NCBI GenBank assembly: GCA_963664815.2
Contig: CAXXHB010000003.1
Location: 2,560,001 to 2,624,000 of the forward strand
Source: Spirochaetota bacterium
Lineage (GTDB): Bacteria; Spirochaetota; UBA4802; UBA5550
Length of the DNA: 64,000 bases
Direction of reading: 5' to 3'
Made by a program: the position numbers and the translations under genes. Positions 50,651 through 61,068 of this stretch are shown piece after piece; position 1 is the first letter of the stretch, and the number at the start of each line of letters is the position of its first letter. The notes below the pieces were generated by a model. The model saw nothing but the letters and a program-made list of their open reading frames with translations, did no database searches and was not told where the DNA came from.

Positions 50651-51649
50651 TCAGGCGGCAGCTTTGTCCGCATCTTTTTTCAAACTGCTGACAATTTTAA
50701 AAATGATCAGCAATATCGCTACACCCGCAATAGCAGATATAATATAACCGGCTTTTTCAGGCAATCCTTTTACTGCATAGTCAGGTATTAATACCTTAAA
50801 ATCAAATCCATTTGCCATTCCTTCAGGTACAAAACCGAGAGCATTACCCCCTGCAGTGACATCTTTAATCTCATCCATACCCCATTCGCCCCATGCAGTA
50901 CCGGTTGCAAGCAGGCCAATAGGCGAGAGGCATATTAAGCCAACTATTAATGCATAAACTGACTTTATCGATTCCTTTGAGCCTTCATATATTGTTCCGG
51001 GAGATACTTTCTTTATAAATGAAAAGATAGCAACTGTGAAAACTGCTTCAACGATACCCGCTATAACCATATGTGGTATCACCATTGCCGGAATTGAAAT
51101 AGAAAGTGGATATGGACAATACAATGGTTGTCCTGCTGTATTTTTAAACAGTATCGGCTGAATACCAAATTCAACAGCAGCCATTAAAGAAGCTGTCACT
51201 ATCCCGAAATATGATCCAAGAACAATTCCGGTGTATTCCCCTTTTTCAGAGGTAAATTTATCTTTTATGTATTTATATATAGTATAGCCTATAAATGGAA
51301 GAACAAATGCCATGTTAAAACAGTTCGCAGCAAATGCCAGAATACCACCATCTCCAAAAAGAAGGGCCTGAATAAGTAAAGCTATTGAAACTGAAATACA
51401 TGCCGACCATGGTCCCAATAATATTGCAATCAGCGTCCCACCCACGGCATGTCCTGTTGTACCTCCCGGAAGTGGAACATTAAACATCATAAGTAAAAAT
51501 GAAAAAGCGGCCCCTATTCCCAGCATAGGCATTCTGCTTTTTATAACTTCGCCTTTGACTTTTTTAACAGCGATTGCCCATGCTGGGATCATTACAGTAC
51601 CCATAACGGCGCATGTTGACGGGCTTAAATAATTATCCGGAATATGCAT
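50651..51649 (-). CDS. cbiM: ECF S component with fused N domain (CbiM/NikMN)
   Basis: MHIPDNYL N-terminus, GGTTGH, and C-terminal WGEW...PDY domain. Confidence 0.9.
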   Translation of the reverse strand: MHIPDNYLSPSTCAVMGTVMIPAWAIAVKKVKGEVIKSRMPMLGIGAAFSFLLMMFNVPLPGGTTGHAVGGTLIAILLGPWSACISVSIALLIQALLFGDGGILAFAANCFNMAFVLPFIGYTIYKYIKDKFTSEKGEYTGIVLGSYFGIVTASLMAAVEFGIQPILFKNTAGQPLYCPYPLSISIPAMVIPHMVIAGIVEAVFTVAIFSFIKKVSPGTIYEGSKESIKSVYALIVGLICLSPIGLLATGTAWGEWGMDEIKDVTAGGNALGFVPEGMANGFDFKVLIPDYAVKGLPEKAGYIISAIAGVAILLIIFKIVSSLKKDADKAAA

Positions 51650-51999
51650 AATAAAACCTCTTTTTAATATTAATATAATTACACCAGATTCTATATTACG
51701 AAATTAAAAGAGGTGGCACATGTCAACACATTTTTATTTTTTGTGTTACCAAATAATAAATACAGGAATAAATATGCCCGAAACTAAAGTATCACTTAAG
51801 CGCAGCTTCAATAACATTAATCAGCTGAAATTTTTCAACAGGTTTAATAAGCATCCGGTATGTTCAGAATGTTTACAAAATGATTACAAAGTTTTTAAGG
51901 ATTTTTAAATATTCATCTTCCAATATAAAAAAGTTATTATGTAAAAATTTTAACTGCCGATAAACTAGATGTGACATAACTTACATCGGAGTAATAATA

Positions 52000-52224
52000 A
52001 TGAAAGAAACAAAAATTAAGAGCAAATCATTCAGGGAATTACTTGAGAAATACCTTGAAATTAAAGGGCTTGATATTGTAGTTATTTTAAATGATGGAAA
52101 AGAAGTTGAACTTTATAAAAACCGGGAAATTATCGATGATATGATAGTAACGATGGACAACTATCACAACCGTCAGAGAATCCCGATTTCCGAGGTTAAA
52201 TCTGTAGATATGTTTGCCGCATAA
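52000..52224 (+). CDS. Hypothetical protein
   Basis: 74 aa, GGAG RBS, followed by a terminator. Confidence 0.7.
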   Translation: MKETKIKSKSFRELLEKYLEIKGLDIVVILNDGKEVELYKNREIIDDMIVTMDNYHNRQRIPISEVKSVDMFAA

Positions 52225-52237
52225 AACCGATATTTTA

Positions 52238-52282
52238 TTGTAAATTAAAAAATCCCGTATAGCGGGATTTTTTAATTTACAA
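52238..52282. terminator. Bidirectional intrinsic terminator
   Basis: TTGTAAATTAAAAAATCCCG-TATAG-CGGGATTTTTTAATTTACAA between convergent genes. Confidence 0.85.
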
Positions 52283-52293
52283 TAATCAATATT

Positions 52294-52887
52294 TTATTCA
52301 ACCACATCGCCTGTTTTATACTTAATCGTACGAAGAAGAGCTCTGACAGTTTCATTTGCCGCATCATTGAATGTATAGGATGACCGCGTAAATGAACCCG
52401 ACCACACCATCTCACCGGTTTGACATGAAATCATTCTTGCAGTAATCCCCACAGTCGACGTGCTCTCCATCCATGAAAAAATATACAGGAATGAAGTAAG
52501 ATTTTCATACGTCCGGTAATCGTGTATCGAACCAAATATAACATAATCAGCTCCAATTGCTTTCCCGGTTTCAATAATCCAGTTAGCCGGATATTCATGT
52601 TTGTTTAAAACGGCATAATCTATATTGGATGCGGTTTTCTCAATTTCAATTACTTTAATTCCTTTCAAAATTAGTCTTGATTCAAAAATACTTCTGACAA
52701 GCTCTCCTGAATTATTATTATTACCCTGCGTATTATTATAATCACGAAAAGGAAGCACTGCAATTTTAGTATTTTTTTTATCAATCGCGGTTTTATTTAA
52801 ATAAGAAGGATTGCTTACACATGAAAAAAATGTCAGCAATAAGATCACTGATATTATAGAACAACATTTCATATTCATATTCACCAC
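52294..52887 (-). CDS. Lipoprotein, CsgG/GNA1162(TolB-N)-like fold
   Basis: Lipobox FFSC; KIAVLPF, GADYVIFGSI and ARMI...TGEMVWS motifs. Confidence 0.75.
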   Translation of the reverse strand: MVNMNMKCCSIISVILLLTFFSCVSNPSYLNKTAIDKKNTKIAVLPFRDYNNTQGNNNNSGELVRSIFESRLILKGIKVIEIEKTASNIDYAVLNKHEYPANWIIETGKAIGADYVIFGSIHDYRTYENLTSFLYIFSWMESTSTVGITARMISCQTGEMVWSGSFTRSSYTFNDAANETVRALLRTIKYKTGDVVE

Positions 52888-52905
52888 TTGATTTATTTTT
52901 TTACT

Positions 52906-53547
52906 CTAAAAGGATCTTCCCACGCCAATTTTTAAAAATATTACAATACCGCTGCTGGAAAATCCACTGCCGGTAGGAACATCTATTACCACATTCTGCC
53001 CCTTGGCACTGCTTATTATTTTCGCCCCAATTCCCCCCATAAGTTCGGGGCAGAAAAATGTATCATCACTAACTTCATAATCAAAGCCCACTGACAGTAC
53101 AGCATGAATAATGTATGAATCAACATCATCAATTGTTGCAAACTGAAGAAATGGGCCAGCTCCGAACCATGGGTTAATTCCATCCAGATTAAAATGTCTT
53201 AACACTGAAAAACCAACTTCATGCAGAGGTATCTGGCCATTTGTATCTTTAAAATCTCTCAGGTCATGATTTAATGAAGTAGGATAAAAAAACCAGTTAG
53301 TTCTGATTGCAATATAAGGGGTCAGCAGATAATCAAAAAACCATCCCGGAGCAGTAGCATAATTCCATGATACATTATTCTGCACAGTAATTGATCCGGA
53401 TTGAATAGCAAGGTAGGATGAAGCCCAGGATGATGTAACATTAAATCCAAGCATTCTTCGTTCAGCCGCATAAGAAACGTCAACAAAAGAAAAAATTGAG
53501 ATTAATATGAAAACACAGCAGATATATATCCACAAAAATTTCTTCAT
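52906..53547 (-). CDS. Outer-membrane beta-barrel protein (predicted)
   Basis: Signal peptide, alternating beta-strand pattern, C-terminal IGVGRSF. Confidence 0.7.
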   Translation of the reverse strand: MKKFLWIYICCVFILISIFSFVDVSYAAERRMLGFNVTSSWASSYLAIQSGSITVQNNVSWNYATAPGWFFDYLLTPYIAIRTNWFFYPTSLNHDLRDFKDTNGQIPLHEVGFSVLRHFNLDGINPWFGAGPFLQFATIDDVDSYIIHAVLSVGFDYEVSDDTFFCPELMGGIGAKIISSAKGQNVVIDVPTGSGFSSSGIVIFLKIGVGRSF

Positions 53548-53569
53548 ATCAAAAGGCGCCGGCCATAAA

Positions 53570-53911
53570 TTAATACTTTTTTCTTTCCCGGTTATGATTA
53601 AGCCGGTTCATCACATATAAGGCAGCATAAGCCCCTATAAAACCGGTAATCAGATTTACTCCAATACCTTCTGATAAATATAATAAAACTGCAACTGTTT
53701 TATCATAAAAGATACGATCCAGAACATATCCGCCAATTACTGCACCAATTACGCCAACAGCAAGGCCTCCTATATAACCACCAAAGAGATCCCGTTTTTT
53801 AAAATTATAAAAGATAAAAGCAACCATTGCTCCAAGTCCGATATATAAAACAATTATTTTTACTACTCTTAGAAAGCCAAGCAATCCCTCAGACATTTGC
53901 CACCTCACCAT
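53570..53911 (-). CDS. Small Gly-rich membrane protein (GlsB/YeaQ-like)
   Basis: GVIGAVIGG hydrophobic helices. Confidence 0.65.
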   Translation of the reverse strand: MVRWQMSEGLLGFLRVVKIIVLYIGLGAMVAFIFYNFKKRDLFGGYIGGLAVGVIGAVIGGYVLDRIFYDKTVAVLLYLSEGIGVNLITGFIGAYAALYVMNRLNHNRERKKY

Positions 53912-53948
53912 TATTTAATCATATATACAGATAAACTCAGCACGTAAT

Positions 53949-54557
53949 TCATGTAAAGAAAATTTCTCCTTTCCCTTCTCTTATTATTCTGAATGTATCT
54001 TCAGTCATATCTATTATAGTTGATGGGGATGATTCTTTCGGTCCGCAGTCAATTACAAGGTCTACCTCATTTCTGTATATTTTTTCAAGATCTTTAGGTT
54101 CAACTATATATTCTCCACTTATGTTACTGACACTTGTTGCGAGAAGTGGTCTTCCCAGCTCTTTAACAATTTCAATAGCTATATTATTATCCGGTATCCT
54201 CACTCCGACTGTTTTCTGATTAGTTTGCACTATTCTTGGAACAAGTTTTGATGCCTTGAATATAAATGTATAGGGACCAGGGAGAGCTTTTTTCATAATC
54301 TTATAAGCATCATCTGAAATATTTCGGGCATAATCGTTCATCTCCGATATTTCTGTAAAAATAAAACTTAGTGGTTTATGTTTTTCCATTTTTTTTAACC
54401 GGTAAATTCTCTCAATTGCTCTTTTATCTTTATAGTCACACCCGTAGGCATAAACAGTATCCGTAGGAAAAACAATAACGCCCCCTTCTTCCAGTATTTC
54501 TATTGTCTTTTTTATAAGCCTTGATTGAGGATTTTTCTCATTTATCACAAAAATCAT
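53949..54557 (-). CDS. Sua5/YciO/YrdC family protein
   Basis: FPTDTVYA, PGPYTFI, VGVRIP and STIID motifs. Confidence 0.93.
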   Translation of the reverse strand: MIFVINEKNPQSRLIKKTIEILEEGGVIVFPTDTVYAYGCDYKDKRAIERIYRLKKMEKHKPLSFIFTEISEMNDYARNISDDAYKIMKKALPGPYTFIFKASKLVPRIVQTNQKTVGVRIPDNNIAIEIVKELGRPLLATSVSNISGEYIVEPKDLEKIYRNEVDLVIDCGPKESSPSTIIDMTEDTFRIIREGKGEIFFT

Positions 54558-54679
54558 ATTAAACCACTTATTAATAACATAAACAGATTATGTAACATTT
54601 ATCAACAATAATATTACTGAGCTACCTTTAAAACACATTTTTTCAGGGAGGATAAAGAATAATAATCTCCGTAAATTAA

Positions 54680-54717
54680 AAAGGCTTTTGCGGATAGCGC
54701 AATCCGCAAAAGCCTTT
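54680..54717. repeat. Perfect hairpin in divergent intergenic region
   Basis: AAAGGCTTTTGCGGAT-AGCGCA-ATCCGCAAAAGCCTTT. Confidence 0.6.
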
Positions 54718-54913
54718 AACCTGGTAAAATTACATGTAGGAGTGTAATTTATTATCAATCACTTATTTTATCGACACATATGCCGGATGCATTAATATTT
54801 TTTTTAAATTTATGAAAAATAAATGGATTCCGATTAAAATATTTGACTAAAAGAAATATCACAATATCTCTAATTATATCTGTATTTAATATCGTTATAT
54901 CAGGATTTCAATA

Positions 54914-55294
54914 ATGAACAAATATCTTATAAACATAATGCTTCTGTTTTTATTATCCCTTTTATCCTGCGAACCGAGATCTTTAATTATCTTTGAGGAT
55001 ACAATCCATGATTTTGGCAGGATAAAAACAGAAACATCTGTTAAGCATACTTTCAATTTTAAAAATGCCGGTAATGGAATTCTCTATATTGAAAGAATTA
55101 AAACGAGTTGAGGCTGCACTGGAACTCTCCTTTCTGATAAGGAGATCCCTGCCGGCGGCAGCGGACAACTTGAAATTGAATTTCATTCTGATATGAAAAC
55201 CGGAGACATGTCACGATCAATATATGTTTACACTAATGATCCGGATCACCAGATGATTAAAATAATTATTAAAGCTACTGTGGTAAATGATTAA
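54914..55294 (+). CDS. DUF1573-domain lipoprotein with in-frame UGA (probable selenocysteine)
   Basis: HDFG...HTFNFKNAG...IKTS-TGA-GCT... then IPAGGSGQLEIEF...IYVYTNDP. TGA at 55109 occupies the first Cys of the family's CGC motif. The frame stays open to 55294. Confidence 0.8.
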
Positions 55295-57419
55295 ATATGA
55301 AAATCTGAGAACAGTGCCAGGGCTCCCCTATCCCTTCGGCGCCAACATAATGAATGACGGAGTTCAGTTTGCCATATTCAGCAGACATGCAACATCAGTA
55401 AAACTTCTTTTATTCCATTCCCCGGATCAATTTGCGGAATATACCCCCTTTGACCTTGATCCCGTATTTAATAAAACTGGTGATATCTGGCATATATGGA
55501 TTGAAGGAATTGGATCAGGACAGGTTTACGGATATATAATAGACGGTGAATATAGCACATCAAAAGGTCACAGATTTAATAAACATAAACTGCTGATAGA
55601 TCCTTACACCCGCGCCCTGACAGGCAATTACAAATGGGATTTAACAAAAGCACGCGGTATTATGCTCGATTCTGAAAATGAAGCAGATTCTTTTTCGACT
55701 GAAGAAAGTATTCATTATGCTCCCAGGTGCATGGTTTTAAATGGAAGAAGTGAAATCCGCAGAAATCCTATCAGAATCCCGGAAAATGACCTTGTAATTT
55801 ATGAACTGCATGTCAGAGGATTCACGGCGGATAAATCATCCGGCGTATCGGCGGCAGGCACTTTTAAAGGACTTACTGAAAAAATACCATACCTTGTTGA
55901 ACTCGGCATAAATACTGTTGAACTGCTCCCTATTCATGAATTTGATGAATTTGAAAATATAAACATAAATCCACTAACAGGTGAAAGACTTAAAAACTTC
56001 TGGGGATACAGCACTATTGCTTTTTTTGCACCTAAAGCAAATTATTCAGCAAGCGGAAAAACAGGGGAACAGGTTCAGGAATTCCGCGACATGGTCAGAC
56101 AGTTCAACGATGCTGGTATCGAGGTTATTCTCGATGTTGTATTTAATCATACTCACGAAGGAGACCACAAGGGACCGACTCTTTCATTCCGTGGTATAGA
56201 TAATTCAATCTACTACATTCTTGATTCGGATAAATCGAAATATAAAAACTTTTCAGGATGCGGCAATACCGTAAACTGCAACCATCCCCATGTGAGACAG
56301 CTGATTGTGGATTCACTTCGCTACTGGTTTATTGAAATGGATGTAGATGGTTTCCGGTTTGACCTGGCTTCAATTCTCGGAAGAGACCAGAATGGCGAAA
56401 TGCTCAGCAACCCTCCGCTCATAGAATGGATTGAAGAAGACCCTATTCTGAGAAACGCCAAAATAATTGCCGAGGCATGGGATGCAGGTGGAGCCTATCA
56501 GGTTGGAAAATTTCCCGGAAGATGGGCTGAATGGAACGGCAGGTTCAGGGATGACGTAAGAAAATTCTGGAGAGGAGATAAAAATTCGAAGGGAGCTTTT
56601 GCAACACGGATAACCGGAAGTTCAGATCTGTACTCAACGACCACTCCATGCAGAAGTATCAACTTTATCACATGTCATGATGGATTCACCCTTAACGATC
56701 TCGTGAGTTTTAACAATAAAAACAATATAGAAAATGGCGAAAATAACTGTGACGGAGAAAATAACAATTACAGTTTTAACTGCGGCGTAGAGGGACTCTA
56801 TGCACCTCCGGATATTGAGAGATTAAGAATCAAAATGATTAAAAACCTTATTGCCACTCTTTTCCTTTCTCTTGGAGTTCCAATGATCCTGTCGGGAGAT
56901 GAATTCAGAAGAACACAGAAAGGCAATAATAACTCATATTGTCAGGATAATGAAATATCATGGATAAACTGGGACTTACTGGATATTAACAGAGAGATTT
57001 TTGAATTCACAAAAAATATGATTGAATTCCGTAAAAAACATCCTGTTCTGAGATCTACCATATTTTTTACCGGTGAAAAATGTGAAAATTATCTCACTGA
57101 GGACATTTCCTGGCATGGAACAGAGATTTTAAAACCCGGGTGGGATGATGATGAACCGGTTATTGCTGCTCTGATAAATGGACAGTTTGCTGAAGAATCG
57201 TCATACAGCAGGGATTCAGATTTTTACCTGATTTTTAATGCTTCTGAAAATGACCTGACATTCACTCTGCCGGAATCTCCATCAGGCAGAGTATGGAGAA
57301 TTTCCATTGATACAAACGGGATAAATGGATGCGATATTTACGGCGATGATGAGGAAAACTATATAACATCTGATTCGCTTGTCGTAATAAAAAAAACAGC
57401 GATAGTTCTTACCGCTTGA
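55287..57419 (+). CDS. glgX: Glycogen debranching enzyme (isoamylase)
   Basis: IYELHVRGF, NFWGY, DVVFNH, DGFRFDLA, IAEAWD and HDGFTL motifs. Confidence 0.96.
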   Translation: MIKYENLRTVPGLPYPFGANIMNDGVQFAIFSRHATSVKLLLFHSPDQFAEYTPFDLDPVFNKTGDIWHIWIEGIGSGQVYGYIIDGEYSTSKGHRFNKHKLLIDPYTRALTGNYKWDLTKARGIMLDSENEADSFSTEESIHYAPRCMVLNGRSEIRRNPIRIPENDLVIYELHVRGFTADKSSGVSAAGTFKGLTEKIPYLVELGINTVELLPIHEFDEFENININPLTGERLKNFWGYSTIAFFAPKANYSASGKTGEQVQEFRDMVRQFNDAGIEVILDVVFNHTHEGDHKGPTLSFRGIDNSIYYILDSDKSKYKNFSGCGNTVNCNHPHVRQLIVDSLRYWFIEMDVDGFRFDLASILGRDQNGEMLSNPPLIEWIEEDPILRNAKIIAEAWDAGGAYQVGKFPGRWAEWNGRFRDDVRKFWRGDKNSKGAFATRITGSSDLYSTTTPCRSINFITCHDGFTLNDLVSFNNKNNIENGENNCDGENNNYSFNCGVEGLYAPPDIERLRIKMIKNLIATLFLSLGVPMILSGDEFRRTQKGNNNSYCQDNEISWINWDLLDINREIFEFTKNMIEFRKKHPVLRSTIFFTGEKCENYLTEDISWHGTEILKPGWDDDEPVIAALINGQFAEESSYSRDSDFYLIFNASENDLTFTLPESPSGRVWRISIDTNGINGCDIYGDDEENYITSDSLVVIKKTAIVLTA

Positions 57420-57626
57420 CATTAAAATTTTTCACAATACTCTAGTTATTTATTTATCTTTACCACAGGATGATTATAACTATTTCTGTATCAACAATAA
57501 TTAATTGCCTTTTGTGGCCCCGCTTGGGAGAAAACCTCTATATGCCCGTTTTAAATGCTTAAATTATGTTTTCAATAAAAGAAACAGAAATCAAAAAGAA
57601 TCATTTAACAAACATCTTTTTTTTAC

Positions 57627-57839
57627 TTATACTCCCGCTTTCTGATTCAATTCTTCAACAAGCTTTTTTACAGCTGTGTTATCCATTCCATGAGCTTTCA
57701 TTCCCTGCTCTATTGTCTCTGTAACACTTAGATGACAACCAATACAATGCAGCCCATAGTTGCCAAGAACGGGAGCTGTATCCGGATATAAATTAATCAG
57801 TTCACCAAATGTCATATCTTTTGTTATTTTCTGTCCCAT
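57627..57839 (-). CDS. DUF1858 (hybrid-cluster-associated redox disulfide) protein
   Basis: ITKDMT...YP...GLHCIGC...ETIEQG...HG pattern. Confidence 0.88.
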   Translation of the reverse strand: MGQKITKDMTFGELINLYPDTAPVLGNYGLHCIGCHLSVTETIEQGMKAHGMDNTAVKKLVEELNQKAGV

Positions 57840-58366
57840 CTTATTTATCCTCTCAATATCATTTTATTAATTATTCCGTTACATCGTTGAATTAAATATA
57901 AAACACTTAATTTCACCTCAATAATACGGCAACAGGCAAATTACTGTTTTTATAGTTAATAAATTCCGGTGTTCTATATTTCACCTTTCATTTCAAGAGA
58001 TACATCTTAAATAGCTTTATGGTAATGTAAAAAATTTGTCTTTGCAAAATTTGATAATATAATCTATCATGTCTATAATTTTTTTAATTTAATAATTTTT
58101 TTTAATACGATAACTAAAACCTGATTTCTGTTAAAAAGCAGCGATATATTATTATTTATAATCAGCTTCATTTAATGCTTTCCCAGGTTTTGTTTTTCAT
58201 TATAACGTCTTTTTACATCAACTGCGTGAGTTGATTTACAATGATAATCATTAATATAAATTATCGATGAAATCAGATTGAGTCTATCAATAGGTATTAT
58301 TATTGAATACAAAATCAAGGATTATACCGAAAATATCATTATACAAAAAGGCAAATAACTGAAAAA

Positions 58367-60967
58367 ATGAATATAATACTTATAATAATACTTATCACTA
58401 TATTGATGATTCTTTCATGGGCTATTTTCAGTAACAAAACCGATACATCCATTGCGATTAAACCAGAGCCTGAAAAACCTTTAACTGAAGAGCCCGAAAA
58501 GATACTCAGAAGACGTTCGGCTGACAGGGAAATTGAAAAAGAATTTCCTGCGGGGAAAATCAGCCCCGACTCTTCAATAGAAACCTCACATGACAGAGAT
58601 GAAGTATCCGGACAGATTCAGCTACCTTTCCCTACCAGTGAAATTATTCCTGACGGTTCAAGATTCAAATTATATAAACGAGCCCTTATTAACTCTGAAA
58701 TTTATGCCCGCAGAGGCGATATTGAAACCGCAGTTTCTCTTTTTAAGGGAGTTAAAGATCGTATCCTCGATAGTGATATCAGAAGTAAAATTGAAAGTAA
58801 TATTAATTACCTGAATCATTACAGACAGAGAAGAGATGAGGATTTCAAAAAAAGAGTCGACTCTGCCTATTCAGGACAGCAACCATCAGAATTACGTCTT
58901 AAAATAGACGGTCCTGTCCCTCAAACTATAAACATTGGGCTCCCGGAAAAAAGCATAATAAATACCGACGAAATAATACAAAAGCTTTCCGAACAGATCT
59001 CCAGGGAACTTGGCACAATTAAAAATGAAATCGAAACACTTAAATCAAGGCCTGAAGAAAGGTTTAATCTTGATAATTATGCCGAATTCTCAAACCTTCA
59101 ACACAAGTTTAACACACTGAAAGAACGGTTTGATGAGGTTACGAATGACCGTATTAATACACTTAATGAGATAAACAAATTTCACCGTTTAAATGCAGAG
59201 GAACTTGAAAAAAACAGGGAAAGTGATCATACGCCAGAAACCCGGCAGATACTGAAAGAAATTAAAAAAGAGATAGATAATCTTTCAGATTTAAGGCATT
59301 CCCTGAACAGTCTGCATAATAAAATTGAAGATATGTCAAACTTCAATATTCCTGAATCAAAAACTCAGCCAACAATCATCCAGGCAAAATATGATTCACC
59401 TATACCGATACATTTTGATCCGAAACCGGTTCTTGAACTTCTCGACCGCATAAATCAGCAGAAAAAAGAGGAAAAACCCGAAACACCACCTCCGAAACCG
59501 GAAAAGTCATTTTTTAAAGAACCTGAACCGTTTGAAGAAGTAAAAACTGATGAGCTTACTTACGATGAACTTGATGAAATTCACGAGGAAATCCCCATTG
59601 ACGATGAGATTCATGAAGAGGAATTAATTTTTGATGTTCCTGCTCAGGAGGAAATGCCGGGAACTGAAATCGTTGAAGATATACCTGAAAAAGAAGCTCC
59701 GGCTGAAAATGTAACAATAGACGATTTTACTTATGATGAACTTGATGAAATTCGCGAGGAAATCCCCATTGACGATGAGATTCATGAAGAGGAATTAATT
59801 TTTGATGTTCCTGTTCAGGAGGAGATGCCTGAAGCTGAAATCATTGAAGATATACCTGATGAAGAAACTCCGGCTGAAAATGTAACAATAGACGATCTCA
59901 CATACGAAGAACTTGATGATATCCATGAGGAATTTCCTTCTGAAGAAGTACCTGAATCTGCTGAAGAACTTTTTCCTATAGAGAAAATACCCATAGAAGA
60001 AACAGCCGAAGTCGATGAAGAACCTGAAAAGGGAGCTGAAGACTTAACCGTAAATGCCGATCTGACAGATGATGACATATCAATCGATGATCTCACAACC
60101 CTTGAAGCGGAAGAATTGATAAATGAAATTTCTCCAGAAACTGAAGATCATATAGTACCTGAAGCCCCTCTGTTTGAAGAACCGGTTGAAACTGCTGAAA
60201 ATGAAAATTATCCGGATATAGAACATGAAATAGAAAGTGAAGATGATTTAATTAATGATTTATCCGACGATGAAATAAATAAATTTTCCAGGGAAGATGA
60301 AGCGGGAATACCGGAAACCATTACTGAACCCAAAAAACCGGTTCCCGAAGAAAAAACAAAAGACAAGACTACGGCTGATGAAATTCTTAAAACTGAAAAA
60401 GAAAAAGAGATCGAAAAGCATACAGACGCCGAGGAAGATCCCAATGATTTTGATCTGTTGAGCGATATCGGAAAAATTAAAGACGACAGCACGCTAACCG
60501 ATGAAGACATATTTGAAAAAATTCTGAAGGATGATAAAAATAAAAACGACGACTCCGCTTTCGAAATTTTAGGGGATATGCATAAAGATGACCAGGAAAT
60601 AAGCTTTAACGATTCAATCCTGGATGGTAAAATGAAAGCCGAACAGGACTTCTATAAAAAATTCATTAAAGCAGACAGAATAAAAAAGAAAGAACTACCA
60701 ATTTTAAAAGTAAGCTATGATTTTAAAAAACTTCCCGATCAGTTCAGTCTTTCACGGGAAAAAAATATTCTGGAGTATTCCTTTTATAAATATAAGCCAA
60801 TGCTTCAGAAAGCCGACGAATATATTAAACACAGACATGTAAAAGATGCCATTAACTACTATAAAGTTGTGCTTGACCAGAATATCCCGATTGAGTTTAA
60901 AGCAATGATAAAAAAGAATATACGGGACCTTACAGAATACCTTGAAAAATATTTAAGCTCTGATTAA
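58367..60967 (+). CDS. Membrane-anchored acidic protein with internal repeats
   Basis: N-terminal TM helix, coiled coil, D/E-rich linker with 57-aa repeats, and a basic helical C-terminal domain. Confidence 0.85.
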   Translation: MNIILIIILITILMILSWAIFSNKTDTSIAIKPEPEKPLTEEPEKILRRRSADREIEKEFPAGKISPDSSIETSHDRDEVSGQIQLPFPTSEIIPDGSRFKLYKRALINSEIYARRGDIETAVSLFKGVKDRILDSDIRSKIESNINYLNHYRQRRDEDFKKRVDSAYSGQQPSELRLKIDGPVPQTINIGLPEKSIINTDEIIQKLSEQISRELGTIKNEIETLKSRPEERFNLDNYAEFSNLQHKFNTLKERFDEVTNDRINTLNEINKFHRLNAEELEKNRESDHTPETRQILKEIKKEIDNLSDLRHSLNSLHNKIEDMSNFNIPESKTQPTIIQAKYDSPIPIHFDPKPVLELLDRINQQKKEEKPETPPPKPEKSFFKEPEPFEEVKTDELTYDELDEIHEEIPIDDEIHEEELIFDVPAQEEMPGTEIVEDIPEKEAPAENVTIDDFTYDELDEIREEIPIDDEIHEEELIFDVPVQEEMPEAEIIEDIPDEETPAENVTIDDLTYEELDDIHEEFPSEEVPESAEELFPIEKIPIEETAEVDEEPEKGAEDLTVNADLTDDDISIDDLTTLEAEELINEISPETEDHIVPEAPLFEEPVETAENENYPDIEHEIESEDDLINDLSDDEINKFSREDEAGIPETITEPKKPVPEEKTKDKTTADEILKTEKEKEIEKHTDAEEDPNDFDLLSDIGKIKDDSTLTDEDIFEKILKDDKNKNDDSAFEILGDMHKDDQEISFNDSILDGKMKAEQDFYKKFIKADRIKKKELPILKVSYDFKKLPDQFSLSREKNILEYSFYKYKPMLQKADEYIKHRHVKDAINYYKVVLDQNIPIEFKAMIKKNIRDLTEYLEKYLSSD
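59558..59930 (+). repeat. 171-bp in-frame tandem repeat (2 units + partial)
   Basis: TY(D/E)ELD(E/D)I units start at 59558, 59729 and 59900. Confidence 0.9.
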
Positions 60968-61068
60968 TTTTTTTTGTAACATTGTTAAAAAAAAATAAGC
61001 TTATACAGGTTAGTTAAGTTTTTTTAATTTTATTTACATCTACAAATACTAAAAAACAAAGGAAATAC

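Noticed and set aside
57840-58366. Long AT-rich intergenic region as an ncRNA or origin
   Set aside because: No recognisable structure, iterons or DnaA-box cluster; consistent with divergent promoters.
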